Source: Octopus sinensis
Taxonomy: Eukaryota
NCBI RefSeq assembly: GCF_006345805.1
Contig: NW_021827652.1
Location: forward strand, 1-9,800
Length of the DNA stretch: 9,800 nt
Direction: 5' to 3'
Shown one piece after another: positions 1-8,715 of the stretch (the first letter of the stretch is position 1; the number at the start of each line of letters is the position of its first letter). The position numbers and the translations under genes were made by a program. The notes below the pieces were generated by a model. It was not told the DNA's origin. It was given only the letters and a program-made list of their open reading frames with translations, and did not search any database.

Positions 1-141
1 ACGTATTCAATACACGAGCCAGTGCAATAGTTTCTCTGGACGATCCTGAAGTTTCTTCCTTGTACTCTAAACGGGATTTGGTTTCATTCAAGGGATACAG
101 AAACGCCACTCCGATGACGATAGGAGATGCAGAACACTTTG

Positions 142-355
142 TTTTCAAATTTTAGCACAAGACTCACCAATTTGGCAGGCGGGGTCTAAGTCGATTACAT
201 GGATACAAGTGCTCACCCGGTACTTATTTCATCGACCACAAAGGATGAAAAGCACAGCCAACTTCGGCGGAATTCCAACTGAGAACGTAATGACGGATGA
301 AATTCCGCTAAGCATTTTATCCGATGTGCTAACTGTTCAATCAGCTTGCCGCCTT
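142..355 (-). mobile_element. Diverged tRNA-derived SINE, monomer of the same family as 822-1226
   Basis: The reverse complement (GGCGGCAAGCTG...GTTAGCAC...AAATGCTTAGCGGAATTTC...TACGTTCTCAGTT...ATTCCGCCGAAGTTGGCTGTGCTTTTCATCCTTTGTGGTCGATGAAATAAGTACC...AATCGACTT) aligns with the SINE at 826-985. It ends in a CTTGTGCTAAAATTTGAAA tail resembling the second-monomer tail. Confidence 0.85.
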
Positions 356-802
356 AAAGCCAGAACAGATATAAGCCTTTGGCAAAATTACGAAGCCAGC
401 TTGTAAATTCGTCGGTCGTGTTTGTATATCGTTCTTCTAGTTTGCCTGTTGCATCATGTGAACTGGCCAGTCTTACACTGTCTGAGGAACAACCAACATG
501 ACTGTGGAAACTCCAGGGTAACAAATTGATTGGGGAGAGACTCCGATCTAATCAATGACAACTCCAGACCTCCACAATAAACCATAATCTAACTTAAACC
601 TTCAAGAATTTTCAATGAATTTTAGATGAAAGAAGTTTTGTATCAAAGCAAATTCACTCATAAAGATACTTTAAACCAAGATTTCCCAACGAGGGGTGCT
701 CGCTCCCCTTGGGGGTGCGAGATAACATTCCAGGGGATGCGATCAGGGCCGGATTTATAGGGGGTCAAAGAAGGCAATTGCCCTGGGCACCTTTATTTTT
801 AT

Positions 803-1245
803 ATAAATTATTACTTTAAGGATTTGAGCTGGCAGAATCGTTAGCGCGCCGGGCGAAATGCTTAGCGGTATTTCGCCTGCTGCTACGTTCTGAGTTCAAA
901 TTCCGCCGAGGTCGACTTTGCCTTTCATCCTTTCGGGGTCGATTAAATAAGTACCAGTTACGCACTGGAGTCGATATAATCGACTTAATCCGTTTGTCTG
1001 TCCTTGTTTGACCTCTCTGTGTTTAGCCCTTTGGGGGTAGTAAAGAAATAGGTATTTCGTCTGCCGATACGTTCTGAGTTCAAATTCTGCCGAGGTCGAC
1101 TTTGCCTTTCATCCTTTCGAGTGTCGATAAATTAAGTACCAGTTTCGTACTGGGATCGAACTTATCGACTGGTCTTCTCTTCAAAAATTTCGGGCCTTGT
1201 GCCTAGAGTAAAATATAAATAAATAAATAAATTATTACTTTAAGG
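803..1245. repeat. 19-bp TSD of the dimeric SINE (803-821 and 1227-1245)
   Basis: ATAAATTATTACTTTAAGG is present exactly on both sides of the SINE. Confidence 0.9.
822..1226 (+). mobile_element. Dimeric tRNA-derived SINE (Octopus OK/OR-like family)
   Basis: A-box-like TGGCAGAATCG (~830-840) and B-box-like GAGTTCAAATTCC (892-904). The central domain GTCGACTTTGCCTTTCATCCTTTCG...AAGTACCAGTT occurs twice. The second monomer starts at GGTATTTCG (1051) and lacks the A box. A (TAAA)n tail and a perfect 19-bp TSD flank the unit. Confidence 0.9.
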
Positions 1246-1553
1246 GTGCGAAAACATATTAAAAGTTTTTAGGGGTGCGGGGTATAAAAAGGTTGGGAAC
1301 CATTGCGTTAAGCAAAAGGCAGCAGCAGACCTTTCATGGGGTTGCCTCCTATTGGAAGAACTTATAATTAAACGTGATTTAACACAGAGAATAGAGTCAA
1401 ACAAAGAGAGTTGTTAATCAGTTGAATTGAGGTGGTTCTCAAATTTTTGCCGTTTGTATGTAATACAAGCAACAAGATAAAGCAAAACCTGTTTTGATTG
1501 AATGGTAAAACCTTATAAAATTACAGCCTGAAGTGCTTGCAAGTTGGATTAAG

Positions 1554-1613
1554 CACACACACACACACACACGTGTGCCTGTGTGTGCGCGTGTGTACAT
1601 GTATGTGTATATA

Positions 1614-1647
<34 letters not shown>

Positions 1648-1649
1648 AT

Positions 1650-1680
<31 letters not shown>

Positions 1681-1930
1681 ATATATATATATATACATGC
1701 ATATAGATACACACATATATCAGTACATATATATGCATATATATACTGTATATATATATATATTATATATATATATTATATATATATATATATATAATAT
1801 AATATATATATGCATATATATTCATATATAATCATGTAACTATGAATTTCAATTTCCCTATAGATATGTGTGCGTGTGTGCGTGTGTGCGTGCGTGTGTA
1901 TGTGTGTGTGTGTGTGGGTGTGTGTGTGTA
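1554..1930. repeat. Compound microsatellite cluster: (AC)n, imperfect (TA)n, (TG/CGTG)n
   Basis: Directly visible dinucleotide runs. Confidence 0.95.
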
Positions 1931-2023
1931 CTCTCATTTTTAAAAAAATCGAAAGGTGTTTTTTTTCCTTTTCTCCGTCTAATCTACAGGTTCATCTTAA
2001 GCATGTGATAACACTCGCAAAGA

Positions 2024-2137
2024 CTCTCTCTCTCTCCCTTTCTCTCTCTCCCTTTCTCTCTCTCTCTCTCTCTCCCTTTCTCTCTCTCTCTCTCTCCCTT
2101 TCTCTCTCTCTCTCTCCCTTTCTCTCTCTCTCTCTCC
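2024..2137. repeat. (CT)n microsatellite with periodic CCCTTT interruptions
   Basis: Directly visible. Confidence 0.95.
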
Positions 2138-2329
2138 ATGAATCTAAAGCTCTCTCCCTCGCTCTTATCTATCTATTTATCTACCACGCCTGACTTTCAA
2201 TCTTTCTCAGAGAAATATCAATATTCAAAAAAATTCTGGTGAATTCAATACAAATTCACTAAATTTTATTCACCAAAGATTATACTCCCACGCATTATTA
2301 TTACGCAAATTCAATAATTAAAATTAAAC

Positions 2330-2356
2330 ATATATATATATATATATATATATATA
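2330..2356. repeat. (TA)n microsatellite
   Basis: Directly visible. Confidence 0.95.
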
Positions 2357-2690
2357 CGAGCAAAACGCCCCTCGTCCAATGGACGGTGCTGAGTTGTCAA
2401 ACATCTAAACTAAATTTTTTCAAAACCTCCCCTTTGATAAACACTGATTTAACCTAAATTTGAGACACCAGCAAAAGAAGAAATAAAGATAGACTTTTTT
2501 CTATTCCAAAAAATACTTTATCGGTCGCATTCTCACCTGGAATCGATTTTTGTAATTTTTTCAAGACTTATACACGCCCTGATACCGTCGGTATCTACAT
2601 ATCAAATTTGAGCGCAATCAGATGGAGAATGCCCGAGATCCTAGAAGACACACACACACACAGACAGAATGGATTTTATATAATAGATAT
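2357..2690 (+). mobile_element. Putative non-autonomous Helitron/Helentron-like (DINE/Lep1-style) element
   Basis: It begins next to a (TA)n run with a CGTCC-AAT-GGACG hairpin (2373-2385) and has an internal GATACCG-T-CGGTATC palindrome (2581-2595). The 3' architecture is CATATCAAATTTGAGCGCAATC...(CA)n-CAGACAGA...TTTTATATAATAGAT, which resembles insect DINE-1/Lep1-type elements. This is pattern recognition only. Confidence 0.4.
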
Positions 2691-2784
2691 CTATCTTTGT
2701 GGGAGGAGGGTGTGTGCGTGTGTGCGCATGCTATGAATGCAATGCACAGAAAAGGAAGACAACACAGGAAGGGTAGGTTTTAGG

Positions 2785-3170
2785 CCTGAACGCTTCGGAC
2801 GTTAGTCTTTTATCAGAAGAAAGAGAAAAATAAAAGAGAATGATTGAGAAAAATGGTTGGAGGAAAAAAAACGATGGGCTTTGGGGTCAGATGGGAGTGT
2901 GGTTCCGTGGGGGAATTAGGAAGGGATGAGGAGACTTTGTAAGAATGATTAGGGCGATCTGTATATGAAGATTTCTGGAGGTATGTCGGTATGTAGAAGT
3001 GTGGAAATGTGGAAGTGTAGCGGTGTTGGACAGCGGGGATGGTGGGAGATTGGTGTGTAGATATAAACGTACTTTGTGTGTGAAGAATGGGTGGAAGCAA
3101 AGAGTTGGTATCTGGCTCGAGAGTGAGGAAAATAGGAAGGCAAGAATTTTGTGGCATTTACGATAAAACA
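2785..3170 (-). mobile_element. Decayed Penelope-like element 3'/pLTR remnant
   Basis: The minus strand is strongly C/T-rich and ends in CTT-CTGATAA-AAGACTAACGTCC-GAAG-CGTT-C-AGG, close to the CTGATGA...CGAAACGTT motif of Penelope-type minimal hammerheads. A weak TLEP-x-x-N resemblance to the PLE endonuclease C-terminus lies upstream. Confidence 0.4.
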
Positions 3171-3213
3171 CAGATGAAAAATATATCTATATAAAATAAC
3201 AGTATTAATATAT

Positions 3214-3268
3214 ACACACACACATACACACACATACATACATACATACATACATACATACATACATA
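3214..3268. repeat. (CA)n/(TACA)n microsatellite
   Basis: Directly visible. Confidence 0.95.
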
Positions 3269-3280
3269 ATATATGTATAT

Positions 3281-3322
3281 TCTTTTATTCTTTTACTTGT
3301 TTCAGTCACCTGACTGTGGCCA
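3281..3322 (-). mobile_element. Short 3' tail fragment of another cephalopod SINE family
   Basis: The minus strand reads TGGCCACAGTCAGGTGACTGAAACAAGTAAAAGAATAAAAGA, with a terminal short tandem (AAAAGAAT) tail. It resembles a common Octopus SINE end recalled from memory. Confidence 0.45.
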
Positions 3323-3349
3323 GACGCAGTAATAGTAATAATAGCCGCC

Positions 3350-3438
3350 ATGTGTTGAGAGGAATTCTTTGGGGTTTGGATAATTCACCTTTGGAAACAT
3401 GGGTATTTCGTTCAACATTCTTAAACAACCCTTATTCA
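3350..3438. repeat. Fragment of an abundant Octopus-type interspersed repeat (class unassigned)
   Basis: ATGTGTTGAGAGGAATTCTTTGGGGTTTG...AAACAACCCTTATTCA resembles a recurring Octopus repeat recalled from memory. There is no internal proof in this window. Confidence 0.35.
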
Positions 3439-3831
3439 AAGGTGCAAGCACTCGTGAAGGGTTAGAAGAAAGGGAACAAAACAAGCAAAAAAGTGATTTT
3501 TAAAAAACATTCTTACATGACAGGAGACAGTCCGAAGATGGAAAATTTTAAATTCCATTGGATAAATATTCCAGAGACTAACAGACTGAATACAGGCGCT
3601 AGTAATTGCTTATTTTGCTCTTCAAATTCCTTTCCTTCTGAAATTTAATATTCTTAATCTTTCAACCTTTTCTACTTTCTGATTTTTTGATGATTTGAAA
3701 TTCGGCATTTGCACGTTCGCATTTCTTGGATTCTGTTCTATAATCGGCATCCAGTATAAATATATTTTTGTGTGCGCATGCGTATGTGTGTGTGTAATTA
3801 AACATACAAACAAATATAAAGACATACAGGC

Positions 3832-3906
<75 letters not shown>

Positions 3907-3932
3907 CCGACAGATAGATGGACGGATAGATG

Positions 3933-3970
<38 letters not shown>

Positions 3971-3996
3971 TAGACAAACAGACAGACAGTCAGATA
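3832..3996. repeat. (GATA)n/(GACA)n array, left segment
   Basis: Directly visible: pure GATA grading into GACA/GATG variants. Confidence 0.97.
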
Positions 3997-4458
3997 TGTT
4001 TCTTTATTAGCCACACGGCTGCACACAGACGGGACAGATTACAAAGTAGAGCTTTTCTTTTGGGGAGAAAAAAAAGGTGGGGTAGGTTTTCGATCAAAAC
4101 GGATCGTAAAAGGGAAAGAAGAAGAAAAAAGAAGAAAAAAGGAAAAGAAACAAAAGAAAAAAACGATCAATAGGGATCGTGTATCACAGTGCAATGATGT
4201 AAAGTGTAAAGGGGGAAGCAGATAAGGTTTATCCGTGGGAAGAAAAGCCTGCGGAAAAGACCACGGTAACCTCGGTCAATATTGTTACATGTTGCTACAT
4301 TTGTTTGCAAGTAGGTAACCCTCTGTTTTAAATTTTCCGGGTTCATAGGATTATGCTCAAGGTGGCTTCGTCATTCATACGTGCCATCCTTACTACATTC
4401 ACCCATCTTTTTTTTAAACATTCGCTAGACAAAATTTGCCTCTCTACTCTCACTTTCC
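3997..4458 (-). mobile_element. Heavily 5'-truncated Tx1/L1-type LINE copy (last 38 codons of ORF2 plus 3' UTR)
   Basis: 4343-4458 matches 4889-5004 with 6 substitutions and no indels in 116 nt (RKVRVERQILSSECLKKRWVNVVRMARMNDEATLSIIL*). The 3' UTR is homologous to 4524-4888 and ends in GTGTGGCTAATAAAGAAACA. GATA repeats flank both sides. Confidence 0.92.

Positions 4459-4523
<65 letters not shown>
4459..4523. repeat. (GATA)n array, middle segment, ending in the left TSD copy (4507-4523)
   Basis: Directly visible, with one GATA-ATA variant unit. Confidence 0.97.
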
Positions 4524-7411
4524 TGTTTCTTTATTAGCCACACAGGGCTGCACACAGATAGAACAAATTACAAGGTAGAGCTTTTCTTTTGAAGGTTTAA
4601 AAAAAAAAAAAAAAAAAAGAAAATAGGAAGGGGGAGTTTCGATCAAAAGGGATCGTAAAAGGAGAGAAAGAGGACAAAAAAAGGGGGGTTAAAAAAAAGG
4701 GGGAGAGGAAAAAAAAAAAGATTTGATCAATAGGGATCGTTATCACAGAAATGTCAATATGAAGTGTAAGGGGGAGGAAAGAAAAGCCTACGGAAAAGAC
4801 CACGGTAACCTCGGTCAATGGAGTCACATGTTATATTTCTTTTTTTTTTTTTTGCAAATAAGCAACTCTCTGTTTTCAATTTCTGGGTTCATAGGATCAA
4901 GCTCAAGGTGGCTTCGTCATTCATACGTGCCATTCTTGCTACATTCACCCATCTTTTTTTAAAACATTCGCTAGACAAAACTTGCCTCTCTACTCTCACT
5001 TTCCTTTTCAAGTGGTACTTGAAGAAGTTGATGAGAGATTGACCAGAGAGGAAAGTGTTTGTCTCCAATCCTTTCAGACGCGTCCACCAGATACATTCTT
5101 TCGCCATAGCCACAAGGATGATGAAAATAGCTCTTCCTCCCGTTTGAAGGAGGGAGGCGTGACAATATTAACGATAGACTCAGCTGATAAACCGACTCGT
5201 CCCACACGTGACAGCAGTTGTTCGACACAAGCCCACAGGTCGGAAATTGTTGGACACTGCACGAGTGCGTGCAGAACGGTTTCGTCGCTCTGACAGCATC
5301 TCGGGCAGGTCGGCCCCGTGTTTCTCGAGCCGTGTCTGTAGAGCTTATCCCGAACGGGTAGCGCTTCTCGGTAGCACTGCCAGGCCAGGGATCTCTGGAA
5401 GTTGTCTATGGGCCCTGGCCCGAAAGTCGGCCTGAACAGGCGGGTCAGGTACTCCTCGTCGACGTCCAGGTTCGCCCCGAGCTCGTCGTCGTACCTTCCC
5501 TCCACTAAACCCCTATAGAATGCTTTGGTTGTGTTGAAGTCACTCAAGGTCGACCCAGGACGGCAGAGTTGCTTGAGAGCAACGCGACACTCGCGGTGCC
5601 ATTCGCCCTTCTTCGGCCTCTTTTTGATCCACGACTGCAGTTCGGTCATGGAGACGAGCTGCGGGAAAGCGTGCCTCACAAACGGCGACCACACCTGTTC
5701 ACCGTCGTCTACATAGAGCCAGAGATGTCGCAGTCTCAGCGCGTGTCTGCGCATCATCAACCACGGCATGCCCAGCCCTCCTTTTAACGGGTGTTGACAG
5801 CAAATGGATCGCCTGACCATCGGGACGCATCCTTTCCACAAGAAGCGAAAGAGAATGCGTTCTAGTTTGGTGATGGTAGGGTCGGGACAAGGTACGACGG
5901 TCAGGCGGTAGTAGATGACGGACGCGATGTACGTGTTCGCCACCTCCGCCCGACCTTTTAGGGACAGTTTCCTCTCGGCCCATTGCCGGGCGAGAGTGAC
6001 CACCCTACTCGTTATCTCGTTCCAGTTCTTCTCCACTTGGAGGTCCGGACCAAACCAGACCCCGAGCAACTCAACCGGGCCGTCGGTCCAGCGTCCCACG
6101 ACGGAGGCGCTGGTGGACGGCATGGGCTTGCTTCTCCAGGTGCCGAGTCGCAAGCCCACTGACTTTTCCCGGTTGATTTTTGCTACTGTCACCGCTTCGT
6201 AGTTTTTCAGTGTCTCGCCGACCTGCTCGATGTGCTCGTGGCTAGACACTATGACGGTGACGTCGTCCGCGTATGCAGACACGCTCGTCCCGCATCCCAG
6301 TTCTCGCGGGATGCCTCTCAAGGTTGCCAGCTTCCGCAATAATGGCTCGAGAGTCAATACGTATAGAAGCGCCGAGAGGGGGCATCCCTGACGGACCGAA
6401 CGTGCGATGTCGAAGGGTCTCGATAGATGTCCATTCACGCGAATTACCGAACGGATGCCTCTGTACAAAGCGGCTATCCAGCCGCGGAAGACGGGACCGA
6501 AGCCAGCCGCTCCGAGGACCGCCTCCAAGTATCGATGGTCCACCCTATCGAAAGCTTTCGATTGATCCAAATTGATCAGCGCCCCACCCATGCCAGGTTC
6601 GTTAACTACCCTGTCTATGATGTAGCGCATCAGGTGGAGGTTGTCATGGATGGTCCGGCCTGGCACGGCGCATGTTTGCGCCCTGTCGACCAGTTTCTCG
6701 ATGACAAGCGCCAACCTCTTGGCTAGCACCTTGGCCAAAATTTCAAGTCTGCATTAAGCAGAGTGATGGGCCTAAAGTTATCTATTACATTTCCCTTGTT
6801 TAGATCTTTCTTCAGCAGTGTTACGGCTCCTCGGCTCACAAAACCAGGAATGCTCCCGTTTTGCTGCCAGTTGCAGTACACCGCCGCCAAGAGATCTCCA
6901 AACAAGTCTGGCATACAATTGTAAAGCTCGTAGGGTAGACCATCCAAACCCGGTGATTTGTCCCTCGAGCATTCTGCCATCGCTTCCTGCACTTCCGCCG
7001 CCGTGATGGCACCTTCGCAGCACCCTGCCTTTCTTGTCGAGAGTCGTGGTAGGCTATGTAGGTAGGCACTGAAGTCCACCCTACGTTCTTGCCCTCCACT
7101 CGTTCCGAACAGTCGGGCAAAATGCTGCTGAAAGGCCTCACACATTTTACTTGGCTCGAGCAATTCGCGACCCTGTTCATCTACCAGGGACCGAATGGTG
7201 GCTTTGTTGCCCTGTTGCGCCTCTGCCACCCGGGCCTCTCTCGCGGCTCCAACACCTTCGTTCCTTAGAGCACGCATCCTAGCTCTGACAGCACATCCTT
7301 CGTGTTTGGCGTTGAAGTGTTGGTCGAGGGCCAACCTCGCCGCCAAAACGTCGGATGCGATGCCGCTTCTAATTGCCTCTTCTAGCTTCTTAACTAGCTC
7401 ACCCTCTACTC
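4524..7411 (-). mobile_element. 5'-truncated L1/Tx1-clade non-LTR retrotransposon (2.9 kb) inserted in (GATA)n
   Basis: Contains the RT ORF remnant and a 3' UTR with AATAAA just before the end. It has no poly(A) tail. A 17-bp TSD, TAGATAGATAATAGATA, lies at 4507-4523 and 7412-7428. Confidence 0.93.
4889..7411 (-). pseudogene. ORF2-type polyprotein remnant (linker, reverse transcriptase, C-terminal Cys/His domain); endonuclease missing; two 1-nt frameshifts
   Basis: RT motifs [12 protein letters not shown]/(I)[41 protein letters not shown] (YADD ~6262-6273) and LGVWFG. Also W-x5-LSLKGR, GGLG and the zinc knuckle CPRCCQSDETVLHALVQC. Frameshifts at ~6741-6743 and ~5131-5141 join ORFs 6723-7697, 5074-6738 and 4889-5113. 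The overall style (GGLG, Cys/His domain, W..RN/RL C-terminus) fits the L1/Tx1 group. The exact clade needs a phylogeny. Confidence 0.92.
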
Positions 7412-7691
<280 letters not shown>

Positions 7692-7779
7692 TGTCATGAA
7701 ATATGTAAGTAGACCAGTGAGATTTATGACGACAGAGAAGGTGTGAAGGTGTAAGAATAAAGAAGTGAAGGATGATTTT

Positions 7780-7955
7780 TTGAATATAAAAAAGGTAATT
7801 ACGAATATAAAGGAAGATGGAGAGAATCTTGAACAAATAAAAATAAGCTTCTGTTATTTAGAATAAATAATAAATCAGGAACTTTACTGCGAAGAATTAT
7901 TTAAATAATGAATAAGGCTTAAACAACATTTATAAGAATGAAAAAGATATGATAC
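7780..7955 (+). pseudogene. Decayed RTE-clade LINE fragment, end of the RT domain
   Basis: The frame from 7780 reads [43 protein letters not shown]. This matches the RTE pattern N-x-KKTK...I-x-GE-x-LEQV-x-x-F-x-YLG...CE-x-EI-x-x-RI, with several stops. Confidence 0.65.
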
Positions 7956-7959
7956 CACC

Positions 7960-8300
7960 GTAGTCGAGGCTGTAATAACCGGCGGTCAGCAGTTGTCGAG
8001 GGTGAAGTTTTCGAGAGAAGCCAGCGTTCTAACGTTCAAACTGGCAAAGTAATGCTTGTGTCTGCAGACCCGAAATTCAGCTGGCAAATTTGACAAATGC
8101 CACACTAGGAGAGCAAGCGCGTCGGAGAGCACAGACCTCGCAGCCGTAGTCATCATTCGCTTGTTGAGATGTAGAGGTCATGTTTGGAGTTTCAGTGGGA
8201 ATACAAATTTACGTGTGGTCCCCGGTCACATACATGTATACACACTTTGAGATAGTGTGGTCCTTGGCAGCTAATCTTGCGGTCGATTGCTGACCACCAC
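7960..8300 (-). mobile_element. Inverted 5' fragment of an RTE-like LINE (5' leader plus start of the AP endonuclease)
   Basis: A 56-aa minus-strand ORF at 7986-8156 contains FASLNVRTL, resembling APE motif I (xWNVRTL). A frameshifted continuation reads KLH...A.YYSLD, resembling KL-x-EL...Y-x-LD. Confidence 0.45.
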
Positions 8301-8329
8301 GAAAGATTCGCTGACCAAGTCACCCCTGA

Positions 8330-8715
8330 TTACCGGAACAGACGTAACCGAATTTTGACGCGAGTTGTCAAGAAAGGCAGAAACCTATAAGGTGTGGAAC
8401 TTCCGCAGATTGAGCAAGATAAGCTGGAAATATAGGGTAACCAGTGTTGGGATAGTTGAAAATCTAAAAGTCCAAAGATACCTGCCGTCGAGAAAAGAGT
8501 CCACAAGGCTGTCATATTTCGCACATAAAATACTTCAGGAGTCATCGCCCAAGACCATTCTCACTGGAAGGGTTGAGGAAGAGAAAGCAAGGCGCTGTCA
8601 AAGACGTTTGTGTGTTCTGATGACATAAAAGAACGAACTAGAGACAGGAGCACGACTGAGTGTAGGCCTACAGCACAACACAGCCGCAACTGGAAGCTCT
8701 TGACAAGCCGATCTC
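8330..8715 (+). pseudogene. Decayed RTE-clade LINE, ORF C-terminus
   Basis: AETYKVWNFRRLSKISWKYRVT...RLSYFAH...KTILTGRVE...R, then after a frameshift DDIKERT...TEC...AQ...NWKLL. This matches the RTE/BovB C-terminal pattern AFEMW..RR.L.I.W..RVTN...L.YFGH...K.IL.G.VEG.R.RGR...W.DDIKEWT. Confidence 0.8.

Larger units (their letters stand above)
677..1305. mobile_element. Non-autonomous hAT-type MITE, interrupted by the dimeric SINE
   Basis: Imperfect terminal inverted repeats: CAAGATTTCCCAAC (677-690) versus the reverse complement of GTTGGGAACCATTG (1292-1305), 11/14 identical. The 8-bp flanks CTTTAAAC (669-676) and CGTTAAGC (1306-1313) match 6/8. Subterminal GGGTGC motifs recur at both ends. 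An 8-bp TSD and a CA(G)TGGTTCCCAAC-like end are typical of hAT/Charlie elements. Confidence 0.65.

Noticed and set aside
209-406. 65-aa plus-strand ORF
   Set aside because: It is largely the antisense of the SINE at 142-355.
826-910. Possible tRNA gene
   Set aside because: A- and B-box-like motifs are present, but I could not fold a cloverleaf and the sequence continues into SINE body. It is a SINE head.
1521-2193. ORFs 1521-1712, 1537-1797 and 1870-2193
   Set aside because: These are translations of (TA)n, (TG)n and (CT)n microsatellites.
2813-3263. Three overlapping minus-strand ORFs rich in P/S/H/T
   Set aside because: They arise from a C/T-rich strand with few stop codons. There is no convincing domain beyond a weak Penelope-like hint.
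4599-4618. 20-nt A run as a possible poly(A) tail
   Set aside because: It is a T run on the element strand and lies inside the 3' UTR, ~75 nt before the true 3' end.
3622-4646. ORFs 3622-4026, 4343-4555 and 4458-4646 with YLSI repeats
   Set aside because: These are microsatellite read-through. Only the last 38 codons of 4343-4555 are real (LINE C-terminus).
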